In this document: positions 56,237 through 64,000 of the stretch, piece after piece | Numbering within the stretch: the stretch's first letter is position 1 | Layout of the letters: each line of letters opens with the position of its first letter | Virus record (IMG/VR): IMGVR_UViG_3300026512_000003 | Coordinates: 64,001 to 128,000 of that record | Reading direction: 5' to 3' (one strand) | From: a virus | DNA: 64,000 nucleotides | Program-made: the position numbers and the translations under genes | Notes under the pieces: generated by a model | The model's database searches: none | What the model was told of the DNA's origin: nothing | The model's input: only the letters and a program-made list of their open reading frames with translations

Positions 56237-57826
56237 ATGAAGTATAAAGAAAATGTCAGAGAAATGCACATAGGTGCGATAAAGTCTTTTTTCAAGGTGG
56301 ACAAGTGCCCTAATAAAGAGCTAGAAATAAGAGATTTGTCTACTGCCGTAGCATGTTGGTATGCGTATAAGTGGCAAACGGCAGAAGAGAAATTATCTTC
56401 TATCAAAGAATATTCTTCAAAGACAAAAAATGCGATTGTTAAGAACAAAAGAGATACTCTTTTTATATCAAGATGTACTATTGATGGGAAAGAATATTCT
56501 TTTGACGACTCACGAAGAGCAACAGAAGCTTTTGGTGAATATAGAATGAGAAAAATTATCGCAGAACCATGGAAGTATGTGTCTTCTATTAGCGTGTATA
56601 GAGACCAGATTGAACCAATTTGCATTGTTGATATTGGGTTCCCAGAGGATGCTACAGATACAAGCATTGAAGATACTGTACGAGGAGTTTTTGAGGAGGC
56701 AGGGTATACTGTAGTCGGAACTCAATATGATATTTACGAATTAGAAGACATTGACGGAGTGTTTGGTATTAGCAATAGAGATAGATGGTTTGCTGAGGTT
56801 GGAGATAATACTGTCCTTAATCCTGATTGGGAGGAAGTTGTAAATGTAGATTGTAGAGTCTATTACGCAACAAATACTGTAATAGACGATTATTGGAATT
56901 TTGAGCATCAACACAATATGGAATATATTAGTGATTATCTTGATCCGGATGAAAAATGTTCTGTATATGAAAGAGCTGGAAAAGACTGGTATATTGCACC
57001 AACTCTTATTTCCGAAGAAAAAAATGTTGATTATATTCAAGAAAATGAAGGTGAGATAAATGAATCTGAATACAGCTTTGACGATTTAACAGAACAATCG
57101 TTTTTGACTATTGTTTATTTTAAAAATAACTATAGAGAAGAACAAAATAAAATAGCAGAGTTTCTGAATGAGACAGTAACGGACCTAAATATGAAAGGTA
57201 TTGTAGATAACTTTATAACTGACAATGAAGAACTCTTTGACTATTTAGAGGAAGAATATGGAATAAACAGATGGGATATAGCATCTGAAATAGAGCCTAA
57301 AGATGTCTTAGAAACAGCGGTGTTGTTAGCAATGGATAACTATATGACAACAGCAATAAACATTGAAAATGATCGTTTATTAAAAAAAATGTTTAGAGTT
57401 GTGGACCGTATAGGGATGGTTGTTCAAAAGGACGAATTTGGCTATTTTGTAGGATGGAATAATGAAAAATATCATTTTAGTATAACAGAATACCTTGTAG
57501 ATGTTGTTTGTGGAAATGTTACAAACAAAGAGTTTATTCGTAAGATTATAAAAAGTACTTTGGCTAAAAAAGCAAAGAAGATAGAAGAGAAAGAATTGTG
57601 TGAAAAAGCCACTAAAGTCTTTGTGGGTATAGATGATTCTACATCTTCAGGAAATTGTTCTTTTGGTACAAGACAATTTGCTTATAGATATGGTATTGAC
57701 ACAACAAAAATAGGTGGAATAAGAGGAGATGTAGTTCTTGATTATGAGTTCACCTCTTATACAAAAAGAGCTGTTCAGGCAGCAATATTAAGGATGGAAA
57801 ATGGAAACAATAACAGTATCAATTAA
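56237..57826 (+). CDS. Acidic hypothetical protein, 529 aa
   Basis: Long ORF with AAGGAG RBS; C-terminal SGNCSFGT motif. Confidence 0.65.
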   Translation: MKYKENVREMHIGAIKSFFKVDKCPNKELEIRDLSTAVACWYAYKWQTAEEKLSSIKEYSSKTKNAIVKNKRDTLFISRCTIDGKEYSFDDSRRATEAFGEYRMRKIIAEPWKYVSSISVYRDQIEPICIVDIGFPEDATDTSIEDTVRGVFEEAGYTVVGTQYDIYELEDIDGVFGISNRDRWFAEVGDNTVLNPDWEEVVNVDCRVYYATNTVIDDYWNFEHQHNMEYISDYLDPDEKCSVYERAGKDWYIAPTLISEEKNVDYIQENEGEINESEYSFDDLTEQSFLTIVYFKNNYREEQNKIAEFLNETVTDLNMKGIVDNFITDNEELFDYLEEEYGINRWDIASEIEPKDVLETAVLLAMDNYMTTAINIENDRLLKKMFRVVDRIGMVVQKDEFGYFVGWNNEKYHFSITEYLVDVVCGNVTNKEFIRKIIKSTLAKKAKKIEEKELCEKATKVFVGIDDSTSSGNCSFGTRQFAYRYGIDTTKIGGIRGDVVLDYEFTSYTKRAVQAAILRMENGNNNSIN

Positions 57827-58097
57827 TTATGATGTGAAAATCCCAAAAAAATTTCAAGAAGCTTCTCCTGAAGAAATTCTAAGTTGGGTTGAAGAAGAAT
57901 ATTCCTTAAAAGGGGAAAGGTTACTTCAAAATATGGATAGTGAGCTGGATACAATAGAAGTAACACATATTGATGATAAAGAAATGGGAGGCATTGATAC
58001 AGCATATGGGCAAGAGGTAGTTGAGAAGAGAAAATCAACTTATCGTTTAATCCTCGATGGTCAGCCAAATTCATATGCTATAAAAAAACAAATATAA
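57801..58097 (+). CDS. Hypothetical protein
   Basis: 98 aa. Confidence 0.5.
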   Translation: METITVSINYDVKIPKKFQEASPEEILSWVEEEYSLKGERLLQNMDSELDTIEVTHIDDKEMGGIDTAYGQEVVEKRKSTYRLILDGQPNSYAIKKQI

Positions 58098-58114
58098 GAT
58101 AACAGGAGAGGAAA

Positions 58115-58747
58115 ATGCCTAATTGGTCAAATACAACAATGGAATTTAAGGGCAACAAAAGTGTATTAGAAAAAATCGAGACAGCCGTAAGAGAAAATAA
58201 TCTTAGTTGTTTAGGACTAGAGGAACCCTTGGATAATCCTAAATGGGAGAACTATGTTAATGAGAATGGAGAACCTTGCACAGGATTATGGCATGAATGG
58301 CATATTCAGTATTGGGGTACTAAATGGGAAATGGAAATATCAAACATAGAAAACATAGATGGAATTTTGACTATAAGTGGACAGTGTGCTTGGAATGGTC
58401 CAAATAAATGGTTTAAATATATTTCCCAAAAATTTAAGTTGTCATCTACATATACAGATTGGGAAACTGGGGCGGACTTTTTTGAGGTTATTGAATATAA
58501 AAAAGGCGAATTGATAAAAGAGGCTACTGTAGAGTTACTATCGAAGGAAGCATACACTTATATCGCAACCGACGCTTTCTCAGGATATGAGTATGTGTTA
58601 TATGAAAGTAAAAATCTTGAAGATGCTAGTCAAAAGTTTCCTGAAGTTTTCAATAAAGCAAAACTTATGGGGATTTCAAACAAGGAAGTCGAAAATATAT
58701 TATTCGAAGTAGGAGCAGAATATGGGGAAGAAGAGCAAGTTTCTTAA
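58115..58747 (+). CDS. DUF1281/YubB-like ferredoxin-fold protein
   Basis: MPNW...WGTKW...AW.GP motifs. Confidence 0.65.
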   Translation: MPNWSNTTMEFKGNKSVLEKIETAVRENNLSCLGLEEPLDNPKWENYVNENGEPCTGLWHEWHIQYWGTKWEMEISNIENIDGILTISGQCAWNGPNKWFKYISQKFKLSSTYTDWETGADFFEVIEYKKGELIKEATVELLSKEAYTYIATDAFSGYEYVLYESKNLEDASQKFPEVFNKAKLMGISNKEVENILFEVGAEYGEEEQVS

Positions 58748-58973
58748 AAAAAATCCAAGACAAGGTGATTTGTTTAAGGGTACAGTGTTTGAAAGAGGTC
58801 CTGATGTCGATCCTGTGCAAGTATATAGAGATAATCTTGCTGTTGTTGGCTTTGAAGGTTTAATTAGTCTTGAAGTTGTCAATAAAAGTACTGGAAAGGT
58901 TGCAAAAATTGATTTAAAAAAAGATAGTATTAAAGCAATGCTAGAATATTTACACATTTTAAAAAAAGGATAG
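58722..58973 (+). CDS. Hypothetical protein
   Basis: 83 aa, AGGAG RBS. Confidence 0.5.
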   Translation: MGKKSKFLKKNPRQGDLFKGTVFERGPDVDPVQVYRDNLAVVGFEGLISLEVVNKSTGKVAKIDLKKDSIKAMLEYLHILKKG

Positions 58974-58977
58974 ATTT

Positions 58978-59142
58978 ATGAATTTGATATTGAAAGTTAA
59001 ATTTGGGAAAGAAGTGGAGGAGATAGTTATAGCAGATGTGAAGTTTTATAGTTTCGAAAGAAATTTCATTGCTGTACATAGAAATAATGGAAAAAAAATA
59101 TATATTAAGACAGGTGCTCTATATCAGCTAAAGGAGGAATAA
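58978..59142 (+). CDS. 54-aa hypothetical protein (not in ORF track)
   Basis: AAAGGA RBS; MNLILKVKFGKEVEEIVIADVKFYSF... Confidence 0.45.
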   Translation: MNLILKVKFGKEVEEIVIADVKFYSFERNFIAVHRNNGKKIYIKTGALYQLKEE

Positions 59143-59225
59143 TGTTAGAAAAGAAAACGATATGGCTTAGTGCAGTTGCGATAGTAATTGCTTCTTTGAT
59201 TCAATTAATTTTAGAATGGAGTTGA
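59142..59225 (+). CDS. 27-aa membrane peptide (not in ORF track)
   Basis: AAGGAGG RBS, TAATG coupling; MLEKKTIWLSAVAIVIASLIQLILEWS. Confidence 0.45.
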   Translation: MLEKKTIWLSAVAIVIASLIQLILEWS

Positions 59226-59226
59226 G

Positions 59227-59472
59227 ATGACAGATTGGATAAAAACACTCAATAATGTAATCTTTAGATGTCCTAAAGATAAAGTCACTATGTCAATAAA
59301 AGATGTTAATGAAATTAGAAGTGAACTAGTAAAGTTGACAAAAGATGTTGAATATAGAAAAAAAGAGATTGCGAGATTAAAAGCTGAAAACATGAGGCTT
59401 ACAGGTAAAACAATAGAATTAGCAGAAGCTAATGAGGCAATAGACATATATAAAATAAACGAGGTGGTGTGA
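59227..59472 (+). CDS. Coiled-coil hypothetical protein
   Basis: 81 aa. Confidence 0.5.
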   Translation: MTDWIKTLNNVIFRCPKDKVTMSIKDVNEIRSELVKLTKDVEYRKKEIARLKAENMRLTGKTIELAEANEAIDIYKINEVV

Positions 59473-59684
59473 TGAAAATAAAAACATATGCAACGCATAT
59501 CTTAAAGCAAAGAGATATGGAAAACATAGAGATGACGATAAAAAAACTTGGATTTAAAAAACGAGACTACAGAATAGTGCATTTTGGCAATTTATGGGAG
59601 CTGAAAATCATAAATAAAGAGTTGCATTGGCTTGTAAAATCTATCTCAAAGTTAGAGAGAATAAAAAAAGTAAAAAGGAAATAA
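59469..59684 (+). CDS. Basic hypothetical protein
   Basis: 71 aa, GAGG RBS. Confidence 0.5.
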   Translation: MMKIKTYATHILKQRDMENIEMTIKKLGFKKRDYRIVHFGNLWELKIINKELHWLVKSISKLERIKKVKRK

Positions 59685-59686
59685 AC

Positions 59687-60400
59687 ATGTTTAATAAAGT
59701 TATAATATTAGGAAATCTTACTAGAGATATTGAGTTGAAGTATTTACAATCAGGTACAGCAGTAGCAGGCTGCGGAATTGCATCTTCTCGAAAATGGAAA
59801 AGTCAAGACGGACAACAAAGAGAAGAGACAATGTTTGTCGACTTGTCTTTTTTTGGGAGAACAGCAGAAGTTGCGAATCAATATTTACACAAAGGTAGTA
59901 AATGTCTGATAGAAGGTAGATTAAAATTAGATCAATGGACAGATCAAAATGGACAAAAAAGATCAAAGCATACCGTACAGGTAGAAGAAATGAAGATGTT
60001 AGACTCTAGGCCTCAGCAAAGTGGACAGCAACAAGGAGGATATCAACAACAAGGAGGATATCAGCAACAAGGCAACTATCAGCAACAAGGCAACTATCAG
60101 CAACAAGGCAACTATCAGCAACAAGGCAACTATCAGCAGCAACCACAAGCATACCAACCTCCACCAACGCAATATGTAGATGCAAATGGTAATCCAATAA
60201 CTGAAGAGCAATATAAGCAGAATATGCAACAGCAAGCTCCACAACAGCAAGCTCCACAACAGCAAGCTCCACAACAGCAAGCTCCACAACAGCAAGATCC
60301 ACAACAGCAAGCTCCACAACAGCAAGCTCCACAACAGCAAGATCCAGTTGTAGAAAATATCCCTGTTATAGATGTTGATGAGGACGAAATCCCTTTTTAA
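59687..60400 (+). CDS. ssb: Single-stranded DNA-binding protein with Q-rich linker
   Basis: MFNKVIILGNLTRD, EGRLKLDQW, acidic tail DEDEIPF. Confidence 0.95.
   Translation: MFNKVIILGNLTRDIELKYLQSGTAVAGCGIASSRKWKSQDGQQREETMFVDLSFFGRTAEVANQYLHKGSKCLIEGRLKLDQWTDQNGQKRSKHTVQVEEMKMLDSRPQQSGQQQGGYQQQGGYQQQGNYQQQGNYQQQGNYQQQGNYQQQPQAYQPPPTQYVDANGNPITEEQYKQNMQQQAPQQQAPQQQAPQQQAPQQQDPQQQAPQQQAPQQQDPVVENIPVIDVDEDEIPF
60026..60346 (+). repeat. Coding tandem repeats in SSB linker
   Basis: 18-bp (QQQG[G/N]Y) units and 18-bp (QQQ[A/D]P-type) units. Confidence 0.85.
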
Positions 60401-60429
60401 TATTAGGTAACCATAAAGAAGGAGTAAAA

Positions 60430-60612
60430 ATGGAATATTGTACATCCCCTTTGAAAAAAAAGGGGCTATGTGATGATTGTAAAAGAGATATTAAAATTTG
60501 GGAAATGAATAATGAAACAAAAATTCTTCCAGATCCAATCGTCACAGTGGTAAAAAATTTAAAAACTAAAAAAAATGTTTGGAAATGCGAGAAGAAAATA
60601 AAAAAGGATTAG
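60430..60612 (+). CDS. Small Cys-rich protein
   Basis: C...CDDC...C; AAGGAG RBS. Confidence 0.5.
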   Translation: MEYCTSPLKKKGLCDDCKRDIKIWEMNNETKILPDPIVTVVKNLKTKKNVWKCEKKIKKD

Positions 60613-60613
60613 C

Positions 60614-60865
60614 ATGACAATTTTAGAATTTGAAGAATTTGTAATGGATGTTTTTGTAACTAAAGGTTGGGCTAAAGAGCATTTAGAAAGTGGACTTTCT
60701 ACAAAAAGTTGGTTTAAAGTGAAATATACAAGTCTCTATAAGAAAAAAGAGATTGAAGTTATTAGAGAAATCAATAAAAAAACCATATGTCTGGTATCGG
60801 ATGATAATTTTAATGATGCCTTCAAGAAATGTTTAAAAATGATAGAAAAAATAGAGGAGAAATAA
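60614..60865 (+). CDS. Hypothetical protein
   Basis: 83 aa. Confidence 0.5.
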   Translation: MTILEFEEFVMDVFVTKGWAKEHLESGLSTKSWFKVKYTSLYKKKEIEVIREINKKTICLVSDDNFNDAFKKCLKMIEKIEEK

Positions 60866-60870
60866 AAGAA

Positions 60871-61401
60871 ATGAAAACACATCCATTGATAGAAAAAAAT
60901 TGCACAAATGGACACAGTCAAAATATCCTAAATGAAGAGAGTTATTTTATAGTGCTAGAACAGTATGCTAAAAAAAAACAAGAACTTAGAGATATAAAAG
61001 AGAAGCTTGTTGAGTTAGGACAAAATAAAGTAAAAAAAGAGTTTCTTTTATTGTTACAGAAAAAAAGTTCCGAAGGAGATAAAAACGCTATTGTTATTAT
61101 AAGCCAACTTGAAAAATTCTTTGGTAAGGAAAAATTTGATATTTCTATGAACAGAGATGAGTTAGAGTATGATAACTACATTACTAGATGTGAATATTTG
61201 ACCTTTTCACAAGGTTTTACAGAGCGTTTTTTAATTATAAATAAAGACCTTGACTTTGAAATAACAGATATTACAGAGAAAGATGAATTGTTTCTTGACA
61301 AAGAAGGAGAAGAGATTGTTGATGGAGAGATAGATTGGTTAATAGATTTTTTCTATGCTCAAAACAATGAAATTATAGAAGTCTACGAAAAAAGGGGTTA
61401 A
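60871..61401 (+). CDS. Hypothetical protein
   Basis: ATG 60871 (MKTHPL) downstream of GAGGAG. Confidence 0.5.
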   Translation: MKTHPLIEKNCTNGHSQNILNEESYFIVLEQYAKKKQELRDIKEKLVELGQNKVKKEFLLLLQKKSSEGDKNAIVIISQLEKFFGKEKFDISMNRDELEYDNYITRCEYLTFSQGFTERFLIINKDLDFEITDITEKDELFLDKEGEEIVDGEIDWLIDFFYAQNNEIIEVYEKRG

Positions 61402-61403
61402 AA

Positions 61404-61694
61404 ATGACAACAATAGAAGATGTAAGAAGAGTAGTACATGAAATGGACTTGTATCAAGTAGTGGTTATCCATATGACTGAGTTAGAAAAGCTATATCAAT
61501 TTCTAACAAAAGAACAAGCGGAAAAACTGTTTATAAAAGAGGCTAAGAGCTGGTACAATGAAGATGGGCTCGAAGAATTTGTTGGTGATGATGGTCAGTA
61601 TGATATAGAAATTTTAGAAGAGTATTATGGTAGCGAGCCATATCTTGACAATGAAGATCTGGCACATGTTTTCATGGAGCCAATGAATATATAA
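61404..61694 (+). CDS. Acidic hypothetical protein
   Basis: 96 aa. Confidence 0.5.
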   Translation: MTTIEDVRRVVHEMDLYQVVVIHMTELEKLYQFLTKEQAEKLFIKEAKSWYNEDGLEEFVGDDGQYDIEILEEYYGSEPYLDNEDLAHVFMEPMNI

Positions 61695-61736
61695 GGCACT
61701 TTTGTGCCTTGTTTGATAAGAAAAAAAGAGGTAAAG

Positions 61737-62645
61737 ATGAGACACCCAATATATAAATACGAGATGCTTCCAGTACAAAAGGCTGCGACGCTACTTGCAA
61801 ACAATAAATGTAGTCTTGATACGGCTTGCAATATGGCTCTTCAAGGAGTTGGAGATATGACAGTGCTGTCTAAGAGGATGAAGAGTGCATCAGAAAGTCT
61901 TTTACGGGTAAAGTTAACAGCGCTTGCTCTAATGATTAGCGAAGGACATGTTTTTATAGATGCTGCATCAGACGATTGGAACTCAGCTGTTTCTCAAAAC
62001 ACTATAAAGAAAATGAGCCCAGCTTTTTTAAAATTTCCATTTACTAGTGGAGCTATTGAATTGAACGATATGGTCTATCATTTTGTAACAAAGGAAGATA
62101 GAATACTTCTTGTTTTTATGCATAGCAAAGAAATGGATAATATGATAAGAGATGGGTATACAGAAGAAGAGGTGATGAACAAAATAGAGAATGATGAGGA
62201 AATGCCTTTTTTTAACTGTATAGATATAGAGTTTAAGGAAAAAACAGTAGAAGAAAGCATAATGAAAAGGAATACATATTTTGCTTCAAAGGACCGTTTA
62301 AAAAAAGTAGAAGAGGAAATCATATTTAACTTTTTGTCTGTAATGATGTTTATAACATTGAAAAGAAACACAGAGGAAGTGCGAGAAAAAATAGCAAAAG
62401 GAAAGCATAGCAAAAAGAGCAATGTCCCGAAACACAATATCAGAGTTGTAAATGTTAGGCAAATAGCAAAGAAAGGTTTGCCTCCGACAGGAAAGAAAAA
62501 CCAAAAAAGCGATAAGACATGGATGGTGAGAGGGCATTGGCGAAATCAGTTTTATGCTTCAGAAGACATAAACAAACCAAAATGGATTGAGCCATATTGG
62601 AAGGGCGATGGAAAAGAAGTTCTTAGCAAAATTTACAAAACATAA
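61737..62645 (+). CDS. Phage protein with C-terminal VRGHWR motif
   Basis: WMVRGHWRNQ...WIEPYWKG; ATG after GAGG. Confidence 0.6.
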   Translation: MRHPIYKYEMLPVQKAATLLANNKCSLDTACNMALQGVGDMTVLSKRMKSASESLLRVKLTALALMISEGHVFIDAASDDWNSAVSQNTIKKMSPAFLKFPFTSGAIELNDMVYHFVTKEDRILLVFMHSKEMDNMIRDGYTEEEVMNKIENDEEMPFFNCIDIEFKEKTVEESIMKRNTYFASKDRLKKVEEEIIFNFLSVMMFITLKRNTEEVREKIAKGKHSKKSNVPKHNIRVVNVRQIAKKGLPPTGKKNQKSDKTWMVRGHWRNQFYASEDINKPKWIEPYWKGDGKEVLSKIYKT

Positions 62646-62699
62646 AAAAGCAAAAGTAGTAAAGTCGAAAATAAACAATCCATAAAGGAGGGTTGGGAA

Positions 62700-62855
62700 A
62701 TGTTTTGTAAAACAAAAGAGTCTATCGTAGGAAAATTTTAGATATTCGTAACTTTTGTAATTGTAGCACTTACTATAAGTATATTGTTAAGTTTTGTCAA
62801 AAAAAGACAAGAGATAGTTTTAGATGTGAGTAAAAGATTAAATAAAAAAGGATGA
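62700..62855 (+). pseudogene. Small TM-protein ORF interrupted by an in-frame TAG
   Basis: AAGGAGG RBS; MFCKTKESIVGKF*IFVTFVIVALTISILLSFVKKRQ... Confidence 0.4.
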
Positions 62856-62858
62856 GAC

Positions 62859-63530
62859 ATGCTTAGTAAAAAAGCAATTAGAAAACATATAAATATCATG
62901 AAATGGTGGTCTGACCAACCGTGTGATTCACATTTGTGGGCGAAAGGTAAGCGTGATAAAAGTTGGAGAAGAGTGGATGAGCCTGATTGGCTTGAAGATG
63001 ACATATATGTGCAAGGCGACTACAATGAAAATGCAAGAAAAGCACTTGTTGATGGGAAGAATATTATTAAAATATATCAAGAAGTTTCGGTAGATAGAAA
63101 TATTGTAACTTGCAAAGAAAGAGCTTTTGAGATAGAAGATGGTTGGAAGTATCTTCCTGAAACTATTTTTAATCTTGATAGTGTTAAAGAGGGCGATTGG
63201 ATAATCAACACTAAGGCTGGATGTACGAAGCGAAAGTCCCCGTTTAGAGCAGAAAAAAAATGGATCGAACAAAGACCAGGAGGGAATACTAAATTGACTG
63301 GAGATGATACAGATTTTGAATTCTGGGAGCCAAAAGAAGGTGAGCTTGCTTGGTATGGAGGAACATTGGCACGACACAAGAAAAAAGCAGGTGAACTGTA
63401 TATTGGAGAGCCAGTAGCTATGGGTGTAGAGGTCTGTGCAAATATGGAAAGCCTTGAGCCTTTTTTTGGAAAGTTGCCAAAAGCATTAGAAACAGAGGAG
63501 GATATAGAAAATGGCTATATATGGGGATGA
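62859..63530 (+). CDS. Hypothetical protein
   Basis: 223 aa, W-rich. Confidence 0.6.
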   Translation: MLSKKAIRKHINIMKWWSDQPCDSHLWAKGKRDKSWRRVDEPDWLEDDIYVQGDYNENARKALVDGKNIIKIYQEVSVDRNIVTCKERAFEIEDGWKYLPETIFNLDSVKEGDWIINTKAGCTKRKSPFRAEKKWIEQRPGGNTKLTGDDTDFEFWEPKEGELAWYGGTLARHKKKAGELYIGEPVAMGVEVCANMESLEPFFGKLPKALETEEDIENGYIWG

Positions 63531-63753
63531 TAAACATTTAGACGGAGTTGAATACCTTTCTAGAGTAGAAGAGTTGACGAGAGAAGAGCAGGAAGTAGAA
63601 AATGCCCTCAAGTGGTTTGAAGAGAATAATATAAAGGCATATAAAGATGGAGGAAATGTTTTTGTAGAGATGGACAATGAAAGAGAAACACACATAATGA
63701 TTAGTAGTTCTGAAGTCTCTTACAGAAGCGATCTGTACTTAGAAGGAGACTAA
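63511..63753 (+). CDS. Acidic hypothetical protein
   Basis: 80 aa, GAGGAGG RBS. Confidence 0.55.
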   Translation: MAIYGDDKHLDGVEYLSRVEELTREEQEVENALKWFEENNIKAYKDGGNVFVEMDNERETHIMISSSEVSYRSDLYLEGD

Positions 63754-63754
63754 A

Positions 63755-64000
63755 ATGTACAAGTATGTAAAGAACGGTGCTGCAGAAGTAGTAGAAGCCT
63801 TGGTGCGTGGTGAACTGATAATGCTTCCTCAACACTTCTATGCAGAGGCATTTAAAATGAAAGAGGATGGGAGTGGCAAAAGTCTCATAGTGGATGTTTC
63901 ATCAGGTGAGAAAGTAGAAGACTTAGAGGTGCTTGGCCTTTTATTGAGTGATGATTCTTTAAAATGGAGAGTTCTTCCGAGTGAATTTGAGGATGCTACT
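63755..64000 (+). CDS. Hypothetical protein, truncated by window end
   Basis: AAGGAG RBS, open to end. Confidence 0.5.
   Translation, partial: MYKYVKNGAAEVVEALVRGELIMLPQHFYAEAFKMKEDGSGKSLIVDVSSGEKVEDLEVLGLLLSDDSLKWRVLPSEFEDAT

Noticed and set aside
59999-60445. Antisense ORFs with LLLWS / ELAVV repeats
   Set aside because: Shadows of the SSB glutamine repeats on the opposite strand
1-64000. Genome-wide stop-codon reassignment
   Set aside because: Long genes are intact under code 11, and TAG, TGA and TAA all terminate conserved genes at expected ends
1-64000. tRNA or rRNA genes
   Set aside because: No cloverleaf with a T-loop GTTCRA in intergenic space was recognised by eye; a tRNAscan run would be needed to exclude them

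Overview
AT-rich segment of a large tailed phage, probably with a contractile tail. The host is probably in Campylobacterota (Sulfurimonas/Arcobacter-like): the GroES KEKPL motif, the NrdA insertion, the SSB tail and the extended -10 promoters all resemble that group. Left arm (1-36.9 kb, minus strand) is a virion/morphogenesis module: GroEL plus GroES, a tape-measure-like protein, baseplate/fibre-like proteins, RCC1-repeat and beta-helix proteins, holin plus two spanins, a stand-alone C-terminal half of an RNA polymerase beta' subunit, and an HK97/assemblin-type prohead protease. Right arm (37-64 kb, plus strand) holds an HNH gene overlapping an amidase endolysin, a hairpin-dense early region, SSAP plus Cas4-like exonuclease, an initiator with internal iterons, DnaB, class Ia RNR, DnaG, a C5 methyltransferase, an SMC-like ATPase, SSB and many small ORFs. 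The most striking unexplained signal is a recurrent [hydrophobic]-x-K-x-A motif, about 29 copies in five proteins. It brackets the protease's own catalytic domain and fills acidic pro-regions. In three proteins the last site (K-E-A) precedes a cationic, glycine-zipper/amphipathic cargo. I interpret this as a candidate head-maturation and cargo-release code (inference, untested). No major capsid, portal, terminase, DNA polymerase, tRNA or CRISPR array was recognised. All family calls come from motif reading, not database searches.
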